A stretch of 63,056 nucleotides of DNA, counting the filler, from Hyphochytrium catenoides (lineage: Eukaryota > Protista > Hyphochytriomycota), in NCBI GenBank assembly GCA_900088475.1. It is 5 parts of 5 records of this genome, joined end to end, with 100 filler letters (N's around TTAATTAATTAA, not from the genome) between each part and the next. Parts side by side here need not be neighbours in the genome. Positions count along the whole stretch, not along the records: positions 1 to 19,957 come from FLMG01004444.1; positions 20,058 to 49,940 come from FLMG01003886.1; 3 more parts are not named here. One strand, 5' to 3'. The position numbers and the translations under genes are program-made. The notes below the pieces were generated by a model. It was given only the letters and a program-made list of their open reading frames with translations. It made no database searches and had not been told where the DNA came from. Positions within the stretch are counted from its first letter, which is position 1. Each line of letters starts with the position of its first letter. Below are positions 10,037-21,925 of this stretch, one piece after another.

Positions 10037-13000
10037 ATGGTCAATCGCTTGTACCTGAGGCGCGGCGGGAAGCCATTAGAATCTATTCTAGTAATTACTT
10101 TCATCGTCTCTGCACTTCTTCAACTCGTATTTTGGATACCAACCTCTGCTACCGAGGGTGCAGCGACGAAGGCCAGCGACGGTATTGCTCTACCCTTCCA
10201 GCCTTAACGCCGGGGCGCGTTGATCTTATCTAAATCCTCTTACCACATCAGGTAGCTTTCTGAGTGCCATCAAGGGCCATTGCGGATATTCGTCATGGCT
10301 AGCCACAAAGCGAAACTGGTGCACCGCCACAGAAGTCACAGCCTACTGCGAGGCTGGGATCCGTACGGACCCATGTACGGGAAGCATTACGATGGGCACA
10401 AGTTCCAGAACTTACAAAGCATGGAGCGGCATTCAGTGTGGCAGTTCCCTTCTTTCTCCTGGGGAGCTGACTGTTATAACAATGTAAGCCGGGGATGGCA
10501 GATTGACCAACTTTTGTTACACTCATTGGTTCTCTTCTCCCTGACAGCGATATGACGAACTTTAATATGGCATGTGATCTCTCTCAGTTAGCAGAGGTCT
10601 CTGGAGGGTTGTTGGAAGTCAGCTACTGGTAGGGAGTGACACATGGATCTAATGCCATCACTGCCTGATTTGTCTTCTTTTTGCTTTTAACTTGCCCTGA
10701 CCGTCTTAATAACGCCATAGGACATTCAACACAAACAAGTTAACAGGCTCCATTCCGTCTTGGGTAGCAAGATCAAACACGCAATACCTGTATGTAATGC
10801 AAGCTTCACCATTTGAACAGTCTTTGACACAGGTGCCTATCTTAGGTCCATCAAATCCAATAGACTATCATCCGGACTCGCTATGCTAGAAAGCGCTAAT
10901 GCCCTCAAATATCTGTAAGTGATCTTCCAGAGAGTCAATGATCAGAAGCTAACAGATTTACGTCGGTGCGACAGCGACCTCTCACAAAATCTAATGGCTG
11001 GAGCCATTCCTGGCATTCTTTCTAGCTTAACAAGTCTGGAAACTGTGCTGTTAAAGAATAACTCACTCACTGGTGGCTTGCCAGACTTGACCCATCTCCT
11101 TATGTTGAAAACGCTGTAAGCCACTGTCTGACAATCATGCCCCCCTGTATCGTCTGCAAGCTTTTAGCTGACTCGAACCCATCATAGTGACTTGACGTCG
11201 AATCAGCTATCCGGATACCTGCCAGATCTAGGAAACTGTACACTGCTAAGTACTTTGTAAGCACCGCCTCTTACCTGTTATTCTCTGCAGACCTAACGGC
11301 AGTTTCGTAGAGCCTTGGCGAACAACACTCCTGGGTTCCAAGGCGAAATACCACGCTCCCTCATCTCAATGGCAGGATTCGATGCTACAACAGGTGTGGA
11401 CAAGCTTGTCAAAATGTAGGTTTAACATGGTCAGCTGCCGTCCCTTGACCTCATAATATTAACGGACCCCGGGGTCTTTCTTCAGTGACCTGTCATTCAA
11501 CAACCTGACTGGAAGCATACCTTCAGCCATTGGAGATAGAGCTATTCTCACCTACCTGTAAGAACTAAACCCACTGATAGAGATGGAAAGCAGTCCTCAC
11601 ATCTCCTTTTTGCTTCGACGCGCAGGGATCTCAGTGGAAACAGGCTAAGCGGTTCTGTGACCACCCTACCCACCTCCTTGTAAGTCTGTTACTCCCTTGT
11701 TCATTGCTCTTGCCATAAAAAGACTAATGCTAGTCTTTCACAAACAGAACGAACACTGGCGCTTATTTGAGGATCGGAGGGGTGAACCAAAGCTTCAACT
11801 GCCCTTTTCCGACCTCGCACAGACAACAGTTAATGGCAGACCTTTCAGCCAGCTGTACTTGTAGACCTGGATTCTTTTGTCCGACCACTGTTCAAGAGTG
11901 CGTGTGGGATTGCACACTGTGCCCTGGTGGCACTACTAGCTACACTGCAAATTCTCTTGAGTGCTCGGAAAGCATTCCAAGTGAGTATTCTGCTGCCCGA
12001 ACTTTATTGCACCCATAGTTGCCGGATCTTGGCTCCTCTTTCATCCTCTCTTTCAGAAAGTCCTACGCTTCTACCAACACCTCCTAACTTACTTTTCGCT
12101 GACTCAGGTACTATCCCTGAGCCCGATCCCACAAACAGCCCTACCCCCACTCCTCTCAATAGTTCCTCACCAACGCCTCCCCCTACTCTTTCTCCTAGCT
12201 CTGACTCCACGCCTTTTGCCACTCCTCCTCCTGCTTTTTCACCAACGCCTTCCCCTACCTCTGATCCCATGTCTTCTCCTATTCCTGAACCCACGCCTTC
12301 TCCTACTCCTGACCCCACACCTTCTCCTACTCCTGACCCCACTCCTTCTCCTACTCCTGACCCAACTCCTTCTCCTACTCCTACTCCTGAACCCACGCCC
12401 TCTCCTACTCCTTTTCCTACTCCTGAACCCACGCCCTCTCCTACTCCTTTTCCTACTCCTGAACCCACGGCCTCTCCTACTCCTTCTCCTACTCCTTCTC
12501 CTACTCCTGACCCCACTCCTTCTCCTACTCCTACGCCTGACCCCACGCCTTCTCCTACTCCTTCTCCTACTCCTGCCCCCACTCCTTCTCCTACTCCTTC
12601 TCCTACTCCTGAGCACACGCCTTCTCCTACTCCTTCTCCTACGGCTTCTCCCATTTCTGAACACACGCCTTCTCCTACTCCTGAACCCACGCCTTCTCCT
12701 ACGCCTCCTCCTTTCCCTACCCCTTCCCCTATCCCTTACCCCACTCCTTCCGCTACCCTTGACCCTCCTGCTCCCTCACCAGCACCATCCCCTACCATTG
12801 AAACCCCTCCTTCCCCTACTCCGTCGCCAACTCCTTTCCCTATTCCGTCGCCAATTCCTTCGCCCACTTCTGATCCTACTCCTTCACCTGCACCTTCCCC
12901 TACCCCTAATCCCACTCCCTCGGATACCGGTGACCCCCCTCCTTCTCCTACTCCGTCACCAACTCCTTCCCCTACCCCTTCCAGTCCTTTTCCTACTCCT

Positions 13001-16000
13001 TCGCCAGCACCTTCCCCTAACTCTGACCCGACTCCTCTCCCTAGTTCCTCACCTAACCCTCTCCTTACTTCACCAACTCCCCTATCTACTTCACCACCCA
13101 CTGCAATACCTTCTTCCTCCTCGCCTAGTTCTGAGATAGACCAAACACAGTCTCCGAATACCCCTTTGCCTACTGCTGCTCCAACGCCATTGCTGCCCAC
13201 CCCTTCCTCAGCCACTTATCCTACCCCGACGCCCACTATTTCCCCTGCTCCGTTACCTACTCCGCTGTCTCCAGGACCTTTCTCCACTCCATCTCCCGTG
13301 GCTTCTCCTACGGCCTCTCCTGGTCAGCTTTCGCCCTCTATCTCTCCTACCTTAACACCAACTCCGGCCCCACAAGAAGTGAACGAGGCTTCACCTGCCC
13401 CAGTGCCAGTGCCCTCTTCGGAGCCAGGTCCAGCATCTCATCCTTTGGAGGAGGGGGTGCAAGCCTTTACAAATTACCTTCTTTCACTTACTAGCCCCAA
13501 CCTGACGACCTTCAAAGATGACAGTACGTAACATACCTCGGTCGCTGAGTAGGAAATAGTTCCTTCATTCTGACCGTTGCCTACTCGTATGTCGTCGCCA
13601 CTCAATATTGCAGTTATATCCCTGTATATTCTGAAGACAGGGTGCAATTATCGGAACTGGAAGGTAACCCGGCAAAATTGGTGTACTGGTGGCAGTCCTA
13701 CCCCACTCTGCACCTCAGGACTGTTGACAGATCCATGCACTGGTCTCATTATTGCGGGAGAAAGCTCGATCCAGACGCACCCGTGGAAAGGAATCGTGTG
13801 CTCACCGTCCACCGAGATGGATGATGTTGGAGTCGTTACTGACATGTAAGTGTGTCTTCACAAAGCCGCTACGATCGTATCAGAGTGTGTTCACTCTGGC
13901 TTTGCGGTGACTAACTAGATTGCTCAATAGCTCCCTTCCGCAGGTTAACCTGTCTTGCAATCTGTCCGACCTCCCGTTTTCTAGCAAGGGTCTCAAGGCA
14001 GTCGAGGGATGGTAAGAATCTTGTTTCTTTTTATAAAATATATAGAATGGCTCCTTGACAGCAAGCTGTTTGCATTCACATATAGGGACTTAATGTTTAC
14101 CTCCATAACGGGTAACATTCCGCACGTTCTCAAGTCTGACACTGTGGAGCGACTGTAAGCGTGGCTGCTAAAGAGTCTTTTATTAGAAGACGTATTATCT
14201 GGATCAACATCTCATGTTCACTTGCAGCCGTCTTAGGGGAAATCTCCTTGATGGCTCCTTGATAGACTTCTCCAAATGGTGGCCAGTTCTGTCCATCCTG
14301 TAAGTGTAATGGAGGCGATCAATGGCTGAAATGAAAGCCTATAGACTCTAACCGATGGTGGCCATGACCGCCTTCGCCCGACAGAGACATCTCCAGAAAC
14401 CGCCTCGAGGGTCAAATTCCCAGCACCATCTCAAACCTAACCGTTCTTCGAGAGCTGAACTTGTCCAACAACTCTTTTTCGGGTCATTTCCCAGCATTGC
14501 CTCAAGATACTTTGAGAATCATGTAAGCACGTATCCATCAGCTGCTAGAAAGTTCGCTCTTCACTAGCTGGTTGAAGATAACATCCTATAGCAACGAGTA
14601 TCAGAGACACACTCTACTTTCAGGCAAAACTAGCAGTGCTGCTTCTGACCTTCTCACATCTTTCTGGCTGGCAGAGATCTCAGCTTCAATGGCTTCAGCG
14701 GACCTATACCCCCCATCGTCTCTCCTTATCTGCAAAAAATGTGAGCATGATGCACCCGTGTATGCAGTCTAATGAGACAAACTCATGTTTCACTGGTTGT
14801 CACAACAGCACCCTAGCTTGCAATGTCCCTGGCTTTGAGGGTCCACTACCAGCAGAAATTTTCACCGTGGCTGGCTTTGTGAGTGGAGCTGATGTCCTTA
14901 CTCATGTGTGAGTGCTCTCCACATCGCTTATCTACCTAGGTGGCCAGTTGGTTAGTTCATTAGCCATCCCTGACGACAACGATTGTTGTATAGGGATATG
15001 CATGGGAATAGGGTTAACGGATCGATCCCAGCGGCGGTATCTCAGCGCCAGTCTCTGATATACCTGTTAAGTCTGCTGCCTTGCTTACATGACTAGTAAA
15101 GCGGCAGCCAATCTAACCCGCAGTTGATTCTTGCTTCTTGCGCGCTTTTCTTTGCCGGGTTTAATTGCAAACCTATTCTCAGTGATCTTAGCTCGAACCT
15201 TCTTTCCGGACCCGTCCCGGTGTTGCCAAAGCACCTGTAAGTACCTTAATAAGAGCACAATCCGAAGGATAAGGGTTAGGAGATTGCCTTCTTGCAAACG
15301 AGACCACTTACTCTAACCCTTCGCACTTATTACTTCTCGCAGGACGGCGGTCAATCTATCTGGCGATCAGCACGATTTTGACTGTCCGCTTCCTGAACTT
15401 ACTGCGAACAACAGCGGTTACCTTGCTAATCTTACTTGTGCCTGTAAGCCTGGATTTATGTGCCCCAGTTCGGCGTCGGATTGTCGCTTCGACTGCGCCC
15501 CCTGCCCACCAGGACATTTTTCCACCGAACCATTTGTGAGGGAGTGTACTCCATGCCCTTCTGGCACCATTCCAGCGCCCGATGCTCAGAGCTGTGTTAG
15601 TTGCGAACAAGGGACAATTGCGTCACTACCAGGCCTTTCCCAGGTCCGTCTCGTGAAACAGTACCCCTAGTATTGAGCAGGAGTCAAGAACTAGTTTTCT
15701 TCTGCAGTGTCAACCTTGTCCGGCGGGCACCATGCCAAATGCGTTGAAAGCGGCCTGCAACTCTTGTCCCCCGGGACAGTTTAGTGCAGGTGGCCAAGGC
15801 AGCTGCTTTTCATGCCCTCCAGGTTCAGTCGCCGTCGCGGAAGGCGCAAGCGAGGTAAGGGCTTTACCAACATACCATTATCGTTGACAACGTTACCCCG
15901 TAACAGCCGCTCTTCAAGTGTGTACTATGCCCTCCTGGTACGCATAGCAATGTGGCAGCGGTTGAGTGTGTAGCCTGTGGTCCAGGAAATTTTGCGAACC

Positions 16001-19000
16001 GTACAGGCTCCTCAGAGTGCCAAGCATGTGAAGCAGGATATGTGTCTGGCAACGCTGGCATGACAGAGGTCAGAGGTTATGCCCTCCTTCAAGCTGCACT
16101 TACCCTGATGTTGAGCCCGGTCTCGCGTGATGCTCTCACTTCTACAGTGCACTGCTTGCCCAGAAGGTTCCGAGTACCTGAACTCCACCACATGTCTACT
16201 TTGTCCCCCTGGCTCCTTTAAGGCTCGGAATGATACCAGCGGCTGTGCACCGTGTCCTCCTGGCCAAGTGGCATCTCAACCAGGGTCTTCAAAGGTACGG
16301 TCGGAAGCTACCTCTCACGCTGTGTGCTGGGTTCAATGTCGGCTAATGGAGCAACAGTGCTCTCCTTGTGCTGCCGGCAGTTATGCTCAGAATAGCTCAA
16401 GTTGCCTTCTTTGTAACCCTGGGACATTCAACCATAGAGAGGGCCTTACCGCATGTACCCAGTGTTTGGTTGGGACCTATTCTAACGTGTCTGGTTCAAT
16501 AGCGGTAATTCGAGAATGAGTTTCCCGTTCATATATGGGCGGCTCGACTTTAACTTTACCTCACGTTCTAACGGAGGCCAGTGTTTGAACTGTGCCGCTG
16601 GAACCACTTCCACTTTGGGCCGAGATGCATGCTTCTTCTGCCCTGCAGGAACCTTTTGGCAAAACGCGGGCTCTGGATGCCAGGAATGCCCGTCAGGGAC
16701 TGTACAACCGAATCCTGGTTCTAAACAGGTAAGCAAGAGCAGCTGGGGAGTAAGGGACCAGAGTGTATTCGTATAACTGTTGTTGACAACCTTTTCGAAC
16801 AACTAAAACAGTGCATGGCTTGCTCTGTCGGCGCGGCCCCATCTGCGAACAAAACTGAGTGTTCAGTTTGCCCAAGAGGCTACGTCGCTCCAAATCCAGC
16901 GTCATCAACATGCCTTCCATGTCCAAAGAACTATTACGGAAAAAATTCAACAAGCTGTCTGCCTTGTCCTCCAGGGTCCGAAGCTCCCTTAGAAGGCTCA
17001 TCAAATTGTACACTATGTGGCAAGGGCTACTTTCAGAAAGAGTACGGAAGCCCATGCATAGCCTGTCCCAAAGGGTAAGCCCTTATAGAGGGAATTCTTA
17101 TTTGCTGTCGGAGGGGAAAAGCTGCTGACCACCCCGACCACATTTTCCCGGTACCTATTAAAGTACGTTTCAGGCAGACAACGGAGGAACCTTCTGCCGC
17201 GATTGCAGCATAGGGTCGTACACTGATGTCTTAGGGAGCTTCATTGTAAGCCCTTCTATAACTCATAACACTGCCTTGTTGTGCGTTTTCTTAGCTTTTT
17301 CTGCTTCCTTCAGTGCAACCCCTGTCCTTCAGGGACCCAGTGGGAGAGTCCTAGCTCGTGTGCAACCTGCAAGACTGGATACCATAGTTCTGGCTCTGCT
17401 GACGTGTGCAGGCCGTGCGCTGCAGGAACATACTTTGACGAGGATACAAAGGTTATCCTCTCTCTAGCAGACGATGGCAATCGACCATCTTTATTCACAA
17501 CACATTACGCTATTTACTCTGCAGAAGTGCCATGATTGTCCAAAAGGGTTTTTCCAGGATCAAGTCGGTCAGAGCATGTGTAAATCATGTCCTCCGGGAA
17601 CCTACCAAAACGTCTCTTCATCGCTTTCTTGTTCACCGTGTCCTGGGGACCGTATCTCCCCTGAGTCGGGGTCGGCAAGCTGTAGGCCACCTAAACCCGG
17701 TTACGAGAGGCTGAACTCAAGGGAAGAAACACCATGTCCAGAAGGTCATTATCGGTCAGAAGCCGATGAGGTTTGCCAGCCCTGTCCGGTTGGTAGTTAC
17801 GCTGATAGTCAGGTATGTCCAGCCTCTCAAGGTGGCACCATGGCGAAAGAATTGAACTCTATCCTAGGCTCTCGTCAGTTGCAAGAGCTGCAGTCCCGGA
17901 ACATACACTGACCAACCAGGAGCTATCTTATGTCAGCAAGTCCCGTCTGGGTACTACATTGGCAATGGAATGGCTTCATCCTACCTTCCTTGTCCTCCAA
18001 ACACCTTCGCTAACGAGTCTGGGTCTTTTCGCTGTTATGACTGCGGCTTTTATGGCTTCACGCTTACCGCTGCCCCTACGGAGTGTGTCAGCGTTGCCAA
18101 CACCTCGGTATTGCAGGAGCATGACATGATGGACCCCGCGAGCTGGTTGGTTGGGTTCGCGAACATTACCTGGGTTCCTTTACCGGAAAGGATTATTCTT
18201 CTATCTCCGTTTGACATGAAGATTGCCTTGGCGAAGACGCTAAACGTCAGCCTTCTCGCAGATGACAAAGTACTGCTTGTTGCAGAGTTAGGTATGAGGG
18301 CCACGTCTGCTAATGACCCTTCCGCCTTACCTGCACCTATGCAAGACGGTTCTATTAGCTTCATGGATGATGGATCTCAGGTTGAAACCAGGCAATCGTT
18401 CTCCTTCTACCTGAGGGACAGCACCATGGGAAGGTCTGCCAGCCATGCCCAGTTGATGTACAAGAACTACTCGAGTATTATTTCAAGTCCAGAGACCCAT
18501 CTGCGATTGATTTTCTTCCTCAGACTATTGGTCCAATCTAACGTCAGCAATATGAGCGTCAGCGCGCAGATTTCTAAAATCATCTTATCGGGTAAGTTCT
18601 TAAGAATGTAGTGTTAAATTTATGTACCTAGCAAACCCCTGACCTTTGTAAATAAGATGGGTACTCCCTCTGTCCTGCCGGGGAGGTGCTGGACCCGCTT
18701 GCAGGGACCTGCATGGCATGTGGACCTGGCCAACACGTGAAATTAGTTTCAGGCCGCCGGATTTGTGCAGATTGTGATCCAGGATCCTATGCGACCATGC
18801 CAAGGTCTAGAGTCTGCGAGAACTGTCCAGCCAACCACTTTTCAGGTGCCAAATCGTCAACTTGCGCCCCATGCACGATACAGGTCTTTCCGGATCAGTG
18901 TGTCGCTTTTTTCTTGATTCGAGTCGGGATACCGCTTGCGGGGCTCTTTGTCGTTCTACTTCTTGCTCTGGGCCTACGATGCGCGAAAAAGCAAAAGAGC

Positions 19001-19057
19001 ACTGTCGTCGGTAAAGACGGCCGTCAACCTCTCCCTAAGGTGAAGGACATTGAATAA
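10037..19057 (+). CDS. Large single-pass receptor-like protein: hydrophobic leader, LRR module 1, Pro/Thr/Ser stalk, LRR module 2, Cys-rich (GCC2_GCC3/ephrin-receptor-like) repeats, TM helix, short tail
   Basis: Roughly 30 or more GT-AG exons that splice in frame. Leader [17 protein letters not shown]; LRR N-caps (NWCT..TDPCTG..WxGIxC) at 10252-10483 and ~13614-13845; plant-type LRRs (LDLSxNxLxGxIP); PTPSPTP stalk ~12057-13525; CxxCPxG repeats ~15450-18080 and ~18660-18880; [25 protein letters not shown] followed by RCAKKQK; TAA 19055-19057. Confidence 0.85.
12280..13000 (+). repeat. Coding tandem repeat of 12/24-nt and longer units encoding [12 protein letters not shown]
   Basis: Repeated CCTTCTCCTACTCCT(GACCCCACT/GAACCCACG) units within the Pro-rich exon. 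Confidence 0.95.
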
Positions 19058-19080
19058 GCTTCAGCCAGAGTCCAAGTGCC

Positions 19081-19810
19081 TTATGCACTATTTATCTCTT
19101 GCAACGCGACAACGTCCCAGAGTTTCCAGTGTGCATCAGCAATCGTTCTGTTTCCCCGGGCGCAGTGGTGAAGGCGCATCCCTAGGAATAATTCCCCAAT
19201 AGAAAGCGCCTCTTTTTCTCCCTCTCCAGACTCCTCGTCCGACCGCCACTTCGCTTCTTCCACGCCATTAGGGTCTGTCTCTCTTGTATGAAGAGCTATA
19301 CAAAGGCAGAAAGCGACGACAGAAATTAGGGAAGTAGGAGAGAGAGAGAAGAGAGAGAGAGGGGAGGGGCGAGGGAGAGGGGACGCAGATGGAGAGAGGA
19401 AAAGAGAGAGAGAAAGGAAAGAGAGAGAGACAGAGAGAGAGAGAGAGGGAAAGAGGGGAGAGAGTCAGAAAGAAAGTCTCTCAAGATTTTGCGCTATATT
19501 CTATGGAAAAAAAAACAGTCAAGGAACCAACCAGTGCTGTCTCTCTCCTGCCGGTCTCTCTCCGGATGTCTCTCCTGGTCTCCATTTCTTCTCTCTGCCA
19601 AAAGGACCTCTGCCCTTTCAAAAAAATTGCCGGAGAAGAGACTCCCCGGTCTCCTCAGAGCAGCCTGGACTCTCTCCCAGAAAGAGGGAAAGCTCGGCTT
19701 GGGACAGAGAGAGAGAGAAAAAGAAGCATTGACCAGGTCAGCAAGTGGAAGCTCCAAGTCTTTATCTTCAAAGCGCTTGTGCAGCAGAGTCAGTCTCTCT
19801 CGATATCCAG
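19081..19810 (-). CDS. 3' two exons of a gene truncated by the contig end; weak SGNH/GDSL hydrolase C-terminus resemblance
   Basis: Exons 19810-19532 (279 nt, phase 1-1) and 19295-19081 splice in frame via GT..AG. The C-terminus LFLGMRLHHCARGNRTIADAHW resembles SGNH block V (DxxH..G..IA..W) but lacks the Asp. Confidence 0.5.
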
Positions 19811-19957
19811 CTTGAAAAGAAGAGGAGACAGAAGGACAAAGTCAGAGAAGAGGAATCTGACCAGGACTATCTAAGTTAGTTTTAATGGGACAGGGCGAGG
19901 GAGAAAAAGGAGAGAGAGAGAGAGAGAGCGAGAGAGGGAGAGAGAGAGAGAGAGAGA

Positions 19958-20057
19958 NNNNNNNNNNNNNNNNNNNNNNNNNNNNNNNNNNNNNNNNNNN
20001 NTTAATTAATTAANNNNNNNNNNNNNNNNNNNNNNNNNNNNNNNNNNNNNNNNNNNN
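19958..20057. other. Artificial contig linker N44-TTAATTAATTAA-N44
   Basis: Exactly 100 nt with a six-frame stop core; identical at four places in the window. Confidence 0.97.
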
Positions 20058-20067
20058 GCTTCTATAG

Positions 20068-21044
20068 TGGAGACGCTGCTCCACTATCAGGGGAGGAAGG
20101 AACAAAGGAGACTTGAAGGTGGAGCTGCCGAGGAAGAGAGAGAGTGTGAAGAGGAGAGAGATGCCTTAGGCTACACCGCGGACTATTGGGCAGTATCCTT
20201 CGGCCACTTGACCGTCCTCCGCTTACTTCTTACTGCGAAGAAGAGAGAACTCGCTTTGTCAAGTTCTCTGGCTTTCCAAAGGGATCCTGCGTCCAAAAAC
20301 TCTGCGCCTGGTGCTTATGACTCTGATGGCAACCTGATCGACAGGGAGACGCAGATTGAGGAGAGGATGGGCGGGTGGTACAAGGCGCACATGTTCCGAG
20401 GCGGGGTGACTCTGCTGCATAGGGCTGCGGAGAGAGGCAAAGACAGCTGTGTCAGAGAGCTCTGCGAAAGATTCCCGTCGATGGTGGATGTCAGAGATGA
20501 TAGAGGAAGAACTGCGCTCCACTGGGCAGCAAGATACGGCTTTTTAAGCACATTAGACGTAAGTTTCCATGGCTCTAGCTTTTCGCTCATGCCTCTATTT
20601 TGCATTTGGTTATGCGTTGACTGATGCGTTGTTCTCCCTTCTTCTCTCATTATTGACCTAGGTCCTTTCTCTCGCTCTACTTCATGTTTGCTTACCCGCA
20701 CCATCTGCTAGTCGGATCCACTCATCGCTGTCCTAGTTCTTCCCCCTTTCTTCGAAGACAGCCGGCACATCATTCCTCCTAGCATTCATCTTCCTCTCTC
20801 TCGTCTTTCTTCTTCTTCTCTTTCCATGTTTCACCATGTCTCTGTGTGTTGTCTCTGTGCTTCTTCGTCCCTTCTCCTTGTTTTATAGATTCTTGCCAGG
20901 TATGGGGCGGATCTCACTGCCACTGACAGCTTTGGAGAGACCGTGGAAGATCAAGCTCGCCGATATGGGCACTTCACCGCAGTGAAGAAATGGAGAGAGG
21001 CAATAGGGGTTGACAAACATTCCGAACGGACAGAGAGAAGATAA
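20068..21044 (+). CDS. Ankyrin repeat protein (3' part; 5' end lost at contig edge)
   Basis: Exons 20068-20558 and 20889-21044. Ankyrin motifs GYTADYWAVSFGHLTVLRLLL, GVTLLHRAAERG, DDRGRTALHWAARYG, YGADLTATDSFGET. Confidence 0.9.
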
Positions 21045-21925
21045 GCGTTAGAGCCTATGAGACCCAGCCTTTGAGCGTTCGGGCTCGCGTGAGGGGAGAG
21101 AGAAGCCACTAGTGGAGGATTGACAAGGGAAAGGAGTCTTCACCGAAGAAACTCCTCTCATCTTGGGTTTTCCGAGTTTGCACATCTGTTTCTCTCTCCT
21201 TAACGCCCTCGCTACTCTCTAGATTGCCTCTTTCTTGCAGAGGAAACATCTCTCCCTCCTTCTTTCCCGGACAGGCAGGAGCATTGAGGGAACAGCCATT
21301 GTGCCAATAAGCGTAGGCGGCGTAATATGAGCGGTGCTGCTTGACTCGTTTTGGCCCAGCAGCACATTAGTTCTATGGCTCTTTATTGTAACTAGCAGGA
21401 GCTAGTCAATGTATCTATGGTCCCTTCCCTTCGAGTACCTCTTGACTTTGACCCTGCTTCTCTTCAGTCTATTCTATATCTTTCTCAACCCTCTGATGCG
21501 GTTGGCTGGCGGGTATGGTTGGCTACTCAGAACGAGCATCTCTGTGCCCTACTTCTCTGCTTGTTCACGCAAGCAGCCCCTATTCTCTAAAGAAGGGCTC
21601 TTTGCTGGGACTCAGTGTCGTCTCGGCTGGGTGGTTCCCATAAGAGCTGCAGGAGCCTGATTACTTCTTACCCTGGCTATGACTCTCTCCTTGATCACCA
21701 GGACATCGGGGTCCACCTTTGTCAGGTTGCTGGGCCAATAATATCGCCTTCTGAGAGCGAAGACAAAGCTACTGAGGCTGCTTTTCCTCCTTCTCGTCAA
21801 CAGAACCGGGCGTAGAACAGTGGAAAACAGTGAGAAGCTAGAGCTCATTTTCACTGGCCAAGTCCTAAGAGAGTCGCGCCAGTTGAAGAAGAGTCGCCTT
21901 TCTTTGTTCTCTTTGCAATCTCTCT

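Noticed and set aside
12280-12700. Regular repeat array as a possible CRISPR
   Set aside because: No unique spacers; it is an in-frame coding tandem repeat in a eukaryotic gene.
12004-13215. Antisense GEGV and RRRS ORFs and an alternate-frame poly-Leu ORF
   Set aside because: Shadows of the stop-free Pro-rich repeat; only the PTPS frame splices in phase with flanking exons.
20002-20013. TTAATTAATTAA as a biological palindrome or piggyBac-type site
   Set aside because: Always centred between exactly 44 Ns on each side; an assembly linker.
21230-21820. Short hydrophobic ORFs and splice-like signals between the ankyrin and RING genes
   Set aside because: No consistent spliced frame or recognisable motif; probably UTR or intergenic.
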